Shown here one piece after another: positions 1 through 10,092 of a stretch of DNA of 64,000 nt. Each line of letters starts with the position of its first letter. The first letter of the stretch is position 1. The translations under genes and the position numbers were made by a program. Source of the DNA: Candidatus Caldarchaeum sp. (GTDB lineage Archaea; Thermoproteota; Nitrososphaeria_A; Caldarchaeales; Caldarchaeaceae); the NCBI GenBank assembly GCA_038831915.1, contig JAWBKB010000003.1, positions 32,001-96,000 on the forward strand, written 5' to 3'. The notes under the pieces are model-generated. The model worked only from the letters and a program-made list of their open reading frames with translations, was not told the origin of the DNA and ran no database searches.

Positions 1-317
1 TACTGCGAAGCACGGGGCGTAAACCGTTTACTGTAAGCCATGCCGTAAAGCAAGAAGCCCGCGAACCCAAGCAAGTAAAAAGTCGAAGTAACAAGCATTT
101 CCGCGACCGTTTGAATTCTTTGGTCAGGGTAGAAAACACGGATGACGTCGCCGAGAAAAGCAACACCTATCACCACGCCCGATGAAAACCCATACACCAA
201 CCCTGCGAAAAACAGCGAAGCCGCAACGACAACAACAATCGCTAACACTTCAACATAGACAGGCCGTTTAACGGTTTCAACCACCGCGTCAACGATTCGC
301 CGAAACCTTTCAGACAT
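1..317 (-). CDS. Partial small multi-TM protein resembling OST accessory subunit DC2/OSTC (OST3/OST6 membrane module); runs off the window edge
   Basis: Not in the ORF track. Manual translation from ATG at 317: MSERFRRIVDAVVETVKRPVYVEVLAIVVVVAASLFFAGLVYGFSSGVVIGVAFLGDVIRVFYPDQRIQTVAEMLVTSTFYLLGFAGFLLYGMAYSKRFTPRASQ. The pattern G-x-x-Y...Q-x-x-x-E...F-x-x-G-x-x-G-F recalls OSTC; lies 1.9 kb from aglB. Confidence 0.6.
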   Translation of the reverse strand, partial: MSERFRRIVDAVVETVKRPVYVEVLAIVVVVAASLFFAGLVYGFSSGVVIGVAFLGDVIRVFYPDQRIQTVAEMLVTSTFYLLGFAGFLLYGMAYSKRFTPRASQ

Positions 318-356
318 CTCTCGAAACAAGAGAGACGTTTGTTAAAAAAGATATTT

Positions 357-2087
357 TTAGGTCTGCCAGGGCAGTGGCTGAGCCGGCGGCGGGGAGCCGC
401 GTCTCCTTCCAACCAAGATCGCAACGCCAAGCAGCACGGCGATCATCAGCAGTATCATGGGTAGAATGTATGTGGACACGGGTTCTGCAAATGCAATCGT
501 CGTCACGGCTGTGAGAGTTTGGGTCGTTGACTGAGTAGAGGTTACGGTGCTCGTCGAAGTAGTCGTCAAAGTCGTGGTTGTAGAAGTCGTGGTTGTCGTC
601 GTTTGAGTGGTTGGAATCGTGGTGGTCGTAGTAACAGGGACGGTTGTGTAGCTTGTCTCAGTCGAAACCACAATAACGAAACTCGTCTGAGTAATCGTTG
701 TAGTGGCAATTGCGTAGGCCGTCGTAGTAGACGTTACGAAGGAGGTAGTCGTCGTGGTCGTGCCCACCGTGGACGTGACAGTCGTGGTCGATGTCGAAAT
801 CAACGTGTCGGGACAGAACCGTGAATAAAACGCGTCGACAAGATCCGGAGTATCTATCGACGGAGTGTAAGACGCTATTTGAGGGATTACATTAACTTGG
901 GCGGGCGTGACAGGAACGACGGACGGTGTGAGAGACGCTATGCTAAACGAAACAGGGTTGGATTGTCCGTCGAAAAGAACGTAAAACAGCGGCCATCCTT
1001 GGTTTTCACCAGTGAAAAAGACGCATGAACCTTGGGAAGCAGCTGCATGAGCTAGTGCGCTACTCGGCATTCCTCCCGCGGTGACGATGAAGGCGTGTGA
1101 TAGGCTTCCGTCACCAGCGGCCATACCGACCAGTGCAACACCAGTGGAGCCCAAGAAATTTGTCCACCCAACCAAGTACACGAGTGAGCCTGCGACCGTT
1201 AGCCCGTTAGCTTTTTCATTACTCGTAGCCGAGCCAAATGCCTTTGTCCATTGATGATTGAGCGCTGAATCAAGCTTGATCAACACAGATTCAAGCTGCC
1301 GACCAGGTATGTTTGCATAACCCGCTACAAAGATGTTTCCACCAGAGACAACTATGTCTAATGCTTCTTCGTCGTTTGAACTGGCGAATTCACGCGTCGC
1401 GATATGTCCGCCGTTCACGTCGAACACCGATACAAACATGTTTGCAGAGTTTGGGTCTACTGCTGTTCCCGCGATGTAGACATGTCCTCCCCTCAAAGCA
1501 ACAGCATGAGCTATGTCATTTCCGCTCCGCACCCTGAAGCTACGGGCCCAGACGACGTTCAAAGTTGCATTAAGTTTGGCGACGTAAGCTCCTCCTGAAT
1601 CTCTTCCAACAACGTAGAACGATGGTTGCGGGCCTAGTTCTAACGCGATGTCTGAAATTTTTTCGTCCGGGCCTATGTCAAACAATCTAACACCAGTCAG
1701 ACCACACGTGCTGGCGTCGAAGGACGCGACGAAATGATTCGGTGCATTTGGGCCGAATGATGTTTCGCCCACGACGAAGACTCTGCCGCCGACCACGGTC
1801 ACAGCTTTCGCGGCTTCTTCGGCACCTAGGTCTAGGGCTACGCTGCAGCGGTGGCTGTTGTCGCTGTTGAATATGGTGAGAAACGCGTTTGGAGGATTGG
1901 CTCCATATGTTGATGTGGAGCCGACCGTGAAAATCACGCCGTTCCCGTCGACGAAGATGTCAAAGGCGCGGTCAGCGTCGCCTCCGCCGAATGAACGTCG
2001 AAAACTCACAACCTCAGCGAAACCCGTCGAAACAAAAGACAATATGATAAGAGCAGTCAAGCACGTGTAAAACAAACGGGCCATCAT
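357..2087 (-). CDS. Secreted beta-propeller surface protein with Thr-rich stalk and C-terminal membrane anchor
   Basis: Signal peptide, repeated 'A..I.V.GG.VYIAG' and 'W.K.FG' blades, about 90-aa Thr/Ser tract, hydrophobic helix followed by RRR. Confidence 0.8.
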   Translation of the reverse strand: MMARLFYTCLTALIILSFVSTGFAEVVSFRRSFGGGDADRAFDIFVDGNGVIFTVGSTSTYGANPPNAFLTIFNSDNSHRCSVALDLGAEEAAKAVTVVGGRVFVVGETSFGPNAPNHFVASFDASTCGLTGVRLFDIGPDEKISDIALELGPQPSFYVVGRDSGGAYVAKLNATLNVVWARSFRVRSGNDIAHAVALRGGHVYIAGTAVDPNSANMFVSVFDVNGGHIATREFASSNDEEALDIVVSGGNIFVAGYANIPGRQLESVLIKLDSALNHQWTKAFGSATSNEKANGLTVAGSLVYLVGWTNFLGSTGVALVGMAAGDGSLSHAFIVTAGGMPSSALAHAAASQGSCVFFTGENQGWPLFYVLFDGQSNPVSFSIASLTPSVVPVTPAQVNVIPQIASYTPSIDTPDLVDAFYSRFCPDTLISTSTTTVTSTVGTTTTTTSFVTSTTTAYAIATTTITQTSFVIVVSTETSYTTVPVTTTTTIPTTQTTTTTTSTTTTLTTTSTSTVTSTQSTTQTLTAVTTIAFAEPVSTYILPMILLMIAVLLGVAILVGRRRGSPPPAQPLPWQT

Positions 2088-2199
2088 TTTTCGGCGACAA
2101 CTGCCGAAAATGCGTTATAAAAAATTTCGACAGCGGAGATTAGTCGAAATTCTTGGAGGCTATGTTCGTATTACTGGGATAGGTTTTTAGTCTGGTTGT

Positions 2200-4323
2200 A
2201 TGGCGGTTATGGCTAGAACGGCGTTGGCGTTTTCTAAAATTGTTCGAACGTTCAGAAACGTGGACCGTGTCATCGGTGGAAAAACAGGGCTCCTCGAGCT
2301 TGGAATCCTGCTTTTCATTCTTGGCATCGCCTTTATGCTCCGCATCCTTCCGCTTCGATGGGGTGTTGCGCTTTCCGAATTCGACCCATGGGTTCAGTAC
2401 AAGGAAGCAATGTTCATCATCGAGCGCGGCTGGGCTGGGTTCTGGGATTTTTTCGACTGGCATGACGACATGTCCTGGTATCCTTGGGGAAGGGACATGG
2501 GCCGCACAGCGTTTCCCGGCATCCCGTTCGCCATGGCTTTCATCTATTTCCTGCTCAGCTCCCTCGGGTTCAGGCCTGACACGCTTGAGCTCGCCGCGGT
2601 TCTACCCGTGGTCTACGGCACGTTAACAGTCGTCGCCGTCTACTTTCTCGGAAAAAGAGTCGGAGGAACTGCGACAGGCCTCGCCGCAGCCCTCTTCATG
2701 GCGGTTAGCACAGCACACATCGGACGAACACATTTCGGATGGTTCGACGACGAAAGCCTCAGCATCCCCCTCATGCTCGGCGGCTACCTCTTCTACTTCA
2801 TAGCAATCAACGAAAAACGTTCGACTCTTGGAACTGTTCTCTCCGCCGCTTTGTCAGGGCTGTTTCTCGGATTCATGGCGGCGAGCTGGGGCGCTCACAA
2901 ATTCCCCCTCGCATTCATACCGCTTTTCAGCGTGTTCCTCGCCGTAATCGGCCGCTACCACCGCAAAATACTCATAACCACAGCGATCACATTCACCATT
3001 TACACCTTGATAGCCACATCAGTTCCCAAACTGGGCCCGGGATACATCTTCGAAATTACGATTTCATCGGGCTTCGTCGCTTTGTTCGTCCTCGCCGTCT
3101 TCGAAGCCGCGTCGAAAATCCAGTCACCTGAAACGAGAAGACTAACCATTTTCACGGTGCTGCTATTATCAGCGGTAGGGTTTGTATCGCTTGCATCTCT
3201 CGGCGTCCTCGGATTACCGGGCATCAAGTTCCTGTCAGTTCTTCTCCCAGGCCTGAGAGGAGAACAGCCCATAGTCCAATCTGTCGCCGAAAACCAAATC
3301 CCAACATGGTCGATAATGTTTTCAGACTTTGGCCTGACTTTGCTGCTCACCCCCTACGGCGTATACCTCCTCCTTAAAGCACGTTCAAACGAAGACTTGT
3401 TCATCGTCTTCTTCCTCGTTCTATCGGCTTATTTCGCCGCGTCGATGGTGAGGCTTTCGCTCATCGCTTCGCCGGCGGTCGCGATAGTCGCGGGCCACGC
3501 ATACGCCAGCATTTTCAGCAGGCTCGGCGACCTCCTCGCGCAGAGAACAACGGCGAAAAAGAAAACAGGCCAATCGCAGGTAAGCCTCGCATTCATCACG
3601 CCGGTCATCCTTATTGTCCTGCTTGTCTACTCCATGATTCCATCTGTTTACGGCGGTCTTCAAGCGGGACGCATCACTTTATCACCCGTCGACCAAGGAT
3701 ACCAGCCCGCGACCATCATCACCTCGAGCTTTCCCGCACGTCAGTTCATACCTGACTGGGTCAAAGCACTCAACTGGATGAGAGATAATTTGCCGAAGGA
3801 CGCGGTTGTCGCTTCTTGGTGGGACTATGGCTACTGGATAACCGTTCTCGGCGAACGCATCACGTTGATAGACAACGCAACCATCAACACCACACAGATA
3901 GGAGACGTCGCTTACGCGTTCATGAGCGATGAAGGAACCGCGATGGAGATGTTCCGAAGACACAACGTAACACATGTTGTCATCTACGTGACGCATCAGT
4001 TCATAGTTCAGGGCGGGCAGGCGTATGGTAGGTTGCTGGGATTCGGCGACGAAGGCAAATGGATTTGGATGCTCCGCATCGCCAACCAGACAGGCTACCC
4101 GTTCCGTGAATCAGACTACGTAGACCAAAACTTCCAGCCCACACAGCGTTTCTGGCAAACACTTCTCGGACAACTCATCCCATACAAGCCAACCCAAACA
4201 GTCTTCGGACCCGGCCACCTCTACAACCCATCACAGCTCAACTACTTCCGACTCGTGTACGAATCAAGCCCACCATACCAATCATTCGCATACGTATACG
4301 TATACGAAGTAATCTACCCATAA
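2200..4323 (+). CDS. aglB: Oligosaccharyltransferase catalytic subunit AglB/STT3
   Basis: EFDPW, WFDDE, SVAE, WWDYG, DNAT and DEGKWIWMLRIA (DK) motifs; many N-terminal TM helices. Confidence 0.96.
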   Translation: MAVMARTALAFSKIVRTFRNVDRVIGGKTGLLELGILLFILGIAFMLRILPLRWGVALSEFDPWVQYKEAMFIIERGWAGFWDFFDWHDDMSWYPWGRDMGRTAFPGIPFAMAFIYFLLSSLGFRPDTLELAAVLPVVYGTLTVVAVYFLGKRVGGTATGLAAALFMAVSTAHIGRTHFGWFDDESLSIPLMLGGYLFYFIAINEKRSTLGTVLSAALSGLFLGFMAASWGAHKFPLAFIPLFSVFLAVIGRYHRKILITTAITFTIYTLIATSVPKLGPGYIFEITISSGFVALFVLAVFEAASKIQSPETRRLTIFTVLLLSAVGFVSLASLGVLGLPGIKFLSVLLPGLRGEQPIVQSVAENQIPTWSIMFSDFGLTLLLTPYGVYLLLKARSNEDLFIVFFLVLSAYFAASMVRLSLIASPAVAIVAGHAYASIFSRLGDLLAQRTTAKKKTGQSQVSLAFITPVILIVLLVYSMIPSVYGGLQAGRITLSPVDQGYQPATIITSSFPARQFIPDWVKALNWMRDNLPKDAVVASWWDYGYWITVLGERITLIDNATINTTQIGDVAYAFMSDEGTAMEMFRRHNVTHVVIYVTHQFIVQGGQAYGRLLGFGDEGKWIWMLRIANQTGYPFRESDYVDQNFQPTQRFWQTLLGQLIPYKPTQTVFGPGHLYNPSQLNYFRLVYESSPPYQSFAYVYVYEVIYP

Positions 4324-4392
4324 ATACGCCGATAATCCTTCATTACATTCCGCTGCATAACCTTTATACACAAATTTCCCCGCCGCCCGCCG

Positions 4393-6683
4393 ATGAGAAA
4401 AGGGGCGGGACTACTGTTAGCTCTGATAGTGTTGACCATTTTCGCACCATTTCTCCAAGCAGGCCCGGCATACGGCTTGCTGCGGACATTCGGCTCAGCT
4501 GCTCGTGACAACTTTATGGAAAGAGCATATGACATAGAGGTTGACGATTATGGCATTTACATCATCGGCTCAACTTATTCACGTTGGGGTCAACCTCAGC
4601 CGTCGTTAACTATTTTGGAGCCGGACCACAGTCATCGATGCAGCACATTTCTCGAATTCGTCGTTGACCCCGATTTCGTTCAGGGCTTTAGCTTCAGTGT
4701 GGAGGTTAACCAGACCCATGTGTTTGTTGCCGGGGTACACTGGATACATAGATACGCGGCTGTTGCGGTTCATGTCGCTACCTTCTCTAAAACCGACTGC
4801 AAACTGACGGGGACTTATACATTCAGGTTAGGAAGTACAGGAGACGCATTCGCACTATTCCCGGCCATGCTTCTTGGAGAGGGAATTGACCTTGCCGTCG
4901 ATGACAGCGGCGTCTATTTACTGGTGGGATATTTTATAGTCGAAAATCTCGACTTTCACGTCTTGAAATTCGATCAATACTTGTCACCGGTTGACCAAGG
5001 GTTCTACAACATCATTCCTGACAAACCGGACCTCGGATTATCGATAGCTCTTGGTGATGAAAGCATTTATGTGGCGGGATTAACCAACTATGACGCGAAT
5101 CGTCTTGGCGGCGAACGTGTCTTCCTTCTCGAAATCGACAAAAACAATTTAGGAACTATCAGGAACGTTACTTTGGTTCGGCCAGTTGACGAATTTTTCA
5201 CGGGGCTGGAAGTCGTTGTCGACGCGGTCAACGATATCTACCTTGTAACGACTTTTCAGAAATACATGGCGAACAACGGCATCGTTGTCTACAAATTTGA
5301 CCGGAATATGAATCAGCTGTGGACCCAATCTTACGTGCTGACTCGTCCGTATGTCGACCCTTCGTTCTCCCCACCTGAACACATCCCTGTCAAATTTGCG
5401 TACGGAGTTTCCGCGGCGGTTTCCTCAGTGTATCTTTTCGTCGGCGGCTTCATAACCAGTAATTTCATCTTTGCCGGAGATGAGATCTACAGCGGGTTGT
5501 TTGCGGCGATAAACAGCATGGACGGCGAAGCTTTTTTTTCGCCTTCAATATAGTGCCGAAAGAATTTCAAGACCCAAACCAAGTTCCCTCTGTGTTAGTC
5601 CATGGTGTTGACGCCTTCCGCGACTGCGTCTACCTCGCCGGAGTTTCTCAATACTACAGGCTTGAATACGTTTTCCTTAACAACTTTAACTTTACCTTTT
5701 CATTGTTGACCGATAGCGGGAATCCAACACCGCTCGGACTCAAACATGAGAGACGCTACGACAGACCCGACCAATACAGTTGGCAACCCATCTTCGACCA
5801 GGACACCGGTGCGTCATCGTACGGTTTTTATGGTGTTTTCTGTGTTGGGTCTTTCATCGCTTCGACGACGTCCACGACGACGGTCACCGAAACAGCTACA
5901 ATCGCCCAAACAACGACGTCCACCACCATGATAACACAGACGGACACGACGACAACCACACGAACGACCACGAACACTTTACAACGCACTGTAACTACCA
6001 CAAGTACTTCTGTCGCCACCGCTCTGGTCACTGACACGGTTTACGAAACACAGGTTGTCTACACGACCAACCGCGTTACACGTGAAGAAACGGTCCGCAC
6101 GACGGTTTATTCCACGGCTTACCAGACCTTAACCGATTACACAACTGTCACGAACGTGGTTGAAATGACTAGGCATGGTGCGGGCTTGACCGAAACCGTG
6201 CTTCTTGTTCAGAACACGACTACGACAATTTACATGGACCAGACGAGGACTTTTATAACCACTGCCACCACGACCGTGAAGGAAACCGATTGGATTTCTC
6301 TCCCGCCAGTGTTTTACATACCGTTTTTCCTGCTTCCAATCCCCTTGGCCGCGGTTGTGCTGAGCAGGAAAAGAGTCCGCATAGTCATCAACAAGGCTCA
6401 TCCGCCGCCTAATTGGAGGACAGGAGACGCGCGTGTCATCGATGACATATATTTCACGCCCAGCGTCCTCAACATCAGGAAAAACACAACCGTGACATTT
6501 GTGAACGAGGACGAAATACCGCACGTCATAGTGGCGTACGACGGGCCTGCGGAATATCTCTTCTCATCCGAGGAAATTCAGCCGGGAAAGAAGTGGAAGC
6601 ATAAATTCGTCGAGCCAGGAGTGTATCACATCGCGAGCCTCAACAAACCCTACGCAGGCGCGATAATCCGGGTCGGTCGCTGA
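4393..6683 (+). CDS. Paralog of 357-2087 (beta-propeller, Thr stalk, TM) with an extra C-terminal cupredoxin-fold domain; split by a -1 frameshift at T8 (5532-5539)
   Basis: ORFs 4393-5553 and 5553-6683 align colinearly with the two halves of the 576-aa paralog (SHRCS, C.LTG, CV...G, FY..FC); the frame change sits at GCT TTT TTT TCG. Confidence 0.8.
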
Positions 6684-6736
6684 ACCAATAAGCAACGGTT
6701 TTTATTGCCCTGTTTTCATCGTTATGCTGAAGGCCT

Positions 6737-7285
6737 ATGTTGTCGGCTATTTTCGACCTTGCGATAGCGGTTCTGCAGCTTGTCATCGGCGTGGCTTTGG
6801 CGTTGTTCAGCATCACCATCGCCATCAACATCCTCAACAGAGCCACGAAAGACATCAACGAGTTCGAGGAACTTCGGAAACGAAACCTCGCGGTCGGCGT
6901 CTACGTCGCAGGCATTTTGATCGCTGTTGGAAACGTTGTCGGCCAGGCGGTTTCCGGCATCAGCAAAGCGGTTGTCCCCGGCGCGTTCAACCTACCAGCA
7001 CTCATCGGAGGATTTGTCCAGCTCTTCATCGGACTACCGCTAGCCATCGTAGTGGTTACATGGGCCCAGAACAGGGTTTACAGCTGGCTCGTCAAAGCCG
7101 CGTCAGCACTGCCTAAAGTCGAAATCGAGAAATTCAACATCCAGGACGAGTTGAAGAACGGAAACCTCGCCGTCGCCCTCGTGTTGTTCGGAACATTCGT
7201 GGCTATTTCGCTGGTCATCAGCCAAGGAGTCGCGTTCCTCAGCGAACCCATATCATCCGCCATCAGAACGCTGCTCGGCGGATAA
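6737..7285 (+). CDS. DUF350-like membrane protein
   Basis: Two repeats of the 'EEL/DEL..(R/G)NLAV' motif, each followed by a hydrophobic helix. Confidence 0.75.
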   Translation: MLSAIFDLAIAVLQLVIGVALALFSITIAINILNRATKDINEFEELRKRNLAVGVYVAGILIAVGNVVGQAVSGISKAVVPGAFNLPALIGGFVQLFIGLPLAIVVVTWAQNRVYSWLVKAASALPKVEIEKFNIQDELKNGNLAVALVLFGTFVAISLVISQGVAFLSEPISSAIRTLLGG

Positions 7286-7299
7286 AACCCTCTTCCTTT

Positions 7300-8064
7300 T
7301 TATCCAATATAGAACGGCTCTTTCGAAGGCCTTTCCTCTGCGGGGACAGCGGCCCGCGTCAACCCCAGCTGCTCCATCTCCTGAATCATGCGTGCTTGTT
7401 TGTCGATTTCGCGGTCGATGGCGGTGAAGTCGATTTCCACGTTGAGGTAGCGGGAAACCACTTCGAGAAGTTTTTTGGCGGCCAGATGGTCGGGCATGTA
7501 GGATGAAGTATCTGAGAAAAGCATCGATACTTTTCTCTTGTCACGTGCGAAAAACAGCATCAAAAACCCGCTCGTCCTATCCACCGGCAGGTTTTCCAGC
7601 GACGGACTTCTTTTAGCACCCGCGTCGAGAAGAGATTTTGACTGGTCAAGGTTTGTAGTGGAAACGAAGACGCTTCCTTCACCGCTTATCCTGCCGCTGG
7701 CGAGAATAATGTATTCCTTAACCTTGTGTTGGACGAGAAACTGGTATATCTTCGAAGCGACTTCATAGCTTCCTTCATTTCCTTCGACGGGGAAGGCTCT
7801 GCTGAGAAGAAGAAGTTTAACATCCCTGACCTTTACAAGGTAGAGCTCAAGCTTGGGCCGCGAAGCAATTCCATCATCGTTGATGATGCTTATCTGGGGA
7901 AAATGAGGTGAAACAATTTCCCCAACCAGAACCGCGTCGAACACTTCACGGAGGTAGTTGACGGCAAGGATGCCAGCTGCTCCAGCGGTCGGCGAGCCTT
8001 CGATGAAAATCGCTCCGTCAAGGTCAGGACTGTCGAAAACGCTGACTTTTGTTTCGAGAGGCAT
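7300..8064 (-). CDS. PAC2-family proteasome assembly chaperone
   Basis: IEGSP..G.AG.LA..YL, I.SPHFPQ, PD..AAK.LL motifs; C-terminal YIG. Confidence 0.88.
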   Translation of the reverse strand: MPLETKVSVFDSPDLDGAIFIEGSPTAGAAGILAVNYLREVFDAVLVGEIVSPHFPQISIINDDGIASRPKLELYLVKVRDVKLLLLSRAFPVEGNEGSYEVASKIYQFLVQHKVKEYIILASGRISGEGSVFVSTTNLDQSKSLLDAGAKRSPSLENLPVDRTSGFLMLFFARDKRKVSMLFSDTSSYMPDHLAAKKLLEVVSRYLNVEIDFTAIDREIDKQARMIQEMEQLGLTRAAVPAEERPSKEPFYIG

Positions 8065-8121
8065 TTCCTCACATATCGCTGGATTGGTTGTTAAAAAGCA
8101 TGTCTCAGCAAAAAATGTAAT

Positions 8122-8787
8122 TTAAGCCGTGGCCGGCAGAAGGTCGGCATAGCAGAATCTGTTATCGCGGACAACCGTTTCACCCACTTCGACCTTTATC
8201 GGAACGGAGAAGAGAGGCCCAGCGTAGACAAATGTATGGAATTCGCCGTTTTCACCACAGGGGTCGACTTCCGCCGGAAGTTCTTTGAGAAAGTTTCGGT
8301 CGAATTCACGGCCCGCGAAAGATTTGGGAAGTTTTTCGAGGTCTACTACAGCGACTTTGGCACGGTAGCCAAGGCTGAGAAAAGTTTCGGCGAGCTCCGC
8401 GGTCGAACGTCCCCAAATTGGAAAAAGCGGCTTCAAACCAACTGCGTTGAGGTTCTTTTCACGGTATTTTCTGACGTCTTCGAGAAATATGTCGCCGAAA
8501 GCGATTGCGTCGACGCCCAACTCCTTCAACTTCAAACACGTGTCACGCATGATGGATTCGTAGACTTCGTTCCTGCAGTTAGGAGGGATGAATGCTTTGA
8601 AAAGTGGAAGACCGAGATGAAGTGCTTGGAGGTCGACCAATTCTTCCCGGACGCCGTGCATGCTGACCCGTCGGTAGCCGGTCGTCACGGTGGTCAGCAA
8701 CCCAACCACCTCAACATCCATCTCCCTTAGAACATGAAGCGTGAAGCAGCTGTCTTTGCCGCTGCTCCAGGATACGATTGTTTTCAT
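8122..8787 (-). CDS. DUF71/COG2102 PP-loop ATPase (diphthine-ammonia ligase-like, probably the B12-salvage clade)
   Basis: MKTIVSWSSGKDS, FGDIFLED, DPCGENGEFHTFV; likely start ATG 8787. Confidence 0.88.
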   Translation of the reverse strand: MKTIVSWSSGKDSCFTLHVLREMDVEVVGLLTTVTTGYRRVSMHGVREELVDLQALHLGLPLFKAFIPPNCRNEVYESIMRDTCLKLKELGVDAIAFGDIFLEDVRKYREKNLNAVGLKPLFPIWGRSTAELAETFLSLGYRAKVAVVDLEKLPKSFAGREFDRNFLKELPAEVDPCGENGEFHTFVYAGPLFSVPIKVEVGETVVRDNRFCYADLLPATA

Positions 8788-8841
8788 GCTGGTGGTTTGG
8801 TTGTTTGAATATTTATATATTGGATGGATTATCCAACCAAC

Positions 8842-10086
8842 ATGTCCCTCCGAAAAACCACCCCCATCTACATCGCTGTCACACTCATAATCGGTCTCCT
8901 CGCCGGATTCTTCATAGGTCAAACAGCCACGAGCGGCGCGGTTGTTGAGCGGACGGTCACGGAGCTGAGGGCTGTGACGGCAACGTTGACCGAGACACGG
9001 GTTGCGGCGACTACCGTGGTGAGGACCGAGACGGCGACTGTGACTGCTGTCGTTGAGGAGTCGTTGGTGAAGTATGCCAAGCTTTTCGACCTGCGTCGTG
9101 GCGAAGGGTATTTTCTGCTACGGGACGGTGTGAACCGGACGATTCTGCTGGTTCCGAAAGGCATGCCTGTTCCAAATGTCAAAGCTGATGTCGTTGTTCG
9201 GACCCCTGTTGAAAGGGCGGTTCTGATGTCCGCAACCCATGTCGCCTTGGTGGAGCGGTTGCGTGAATTAGACCCCGAAATCTACTCTCGGGTCGACGCC
9301 ATCATGTGGGGCCGGAGCTATGAATGGCATTTCCCCCATGTCGCGAAGCTGTTGGCGGATGGAAGGGTAAAAGACGTGGGAGCGGCATGGGCTCCTGACT
9401 ACGAGCAGCTCGCCGCCATACGGCCCGACCTCGTCATGATCTACACTTTCCCCGGCGACCCTCTTGTCTCCAAGCTCGAAGAACTCAAACTACCCTACGT
9501 GGTCAACAACGAATACCTTGAGACGACGTTGCTCGGCAGGTTCGAATACATCAAGTTTGTCGCGGTCTTCTTCGGCTTGCTCGATGAAGCGAATAAGGTT
9601 TTCAGATATGTGGAGTCGAGTGTTCAGCTGACGTCTTCAAGCTGCAAACGGTTAGTCGAAGCCAACGTGGTCAAACCACCTAAAGTGCTGTGGTTCTCCG
9701 TCTTCCGTGGAACAGTTTACGTCGCCGGCGGCGAAAGCTACGTCGCCAACGCGTTGACAGATTTGGCTGCTCAGTATCTTTTCAGAGACATTAAGGCATC
9801 TGGTTCTCGGACGGTTTCGGTTGAGGAGCTTGTCGCACGAGCCGTCGACGCCGACATCATCGTGATATCGACAGATCTAATCACTTCGGCTGAAGACCTT
9901 CTGAAAGAAATTCCACAGCTCCGTGAATCGAAAGCATTTCAACAGAGCCGTATATACCGCTACAACTCGAACATCTTCCAGCTGGGCTACTACGCTACCG
10001 AGGACTGGTTCCGCGAACTGGCATCGGTGCTTTATCCAGCGTATTTCCATGACTCAGCCTACGACTTTTTCGTTTCCCTGAGATGA
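8842..10086 (+). CDS. Cobalamin/Fe3+-siderophore ABC transporter substrate-binding protein
   Basis: N-terminal anchor plus Thr-rich linker; 'PDYEQLAAIRPDLV', 'E.T.LGR.EYIKF' motifs; first gene of an ABC operon. Confidence 0.85.
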   Translation: MSLRKTTPIYIAVTLIIGLLAGFFIGQTATSGAVVERTVTELRAVTATLTETRVAATTVVRTETATVTAVVEESLVKYAKLFDLRRGEGYFLLRDGVNRTILLVPKGMPVPNVKADVVVRTPVERAVLMSATHVALVERLRELDPEIYSRVDAIMWGRSYEWHFPHVAKLLADGRVKDVGAAWAPDYEQLAAIRPDLVMIYTFPGDPLVSKLEELKLPYVVNNEYLETTLLGRFEYIKFVAVFFGLLDEANKVFRYVESSVQLTSSSCKRLVEANVVKPPKVLWFSVFRGTVYVAGGESYVANALTDLAAQYLFRDIKASGSRTVSVEELVARAVDADIIVISTDLITSAEDLLKEIPQLRESKAFQQSRIYRYNSNIFQLGYYATEDWFRELASVLYPAYFHDSAYDFFVSLR

Positions 10087-10092
10087 AGTGAC

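Noticed and set aside
500-800. Low-complexity GTC/GTG-rich tracts (also near 5860-6280) as DNA repeats
   Set aside because: They are explained by Thr-rich protein stalks, with no exact repeat unit.
8788-8841. Cobalamin riboswitch upstream of the ABC operon
   Set aside because: The intergenic region is only 54 bp and is occupied by divergent TATA-like elements.
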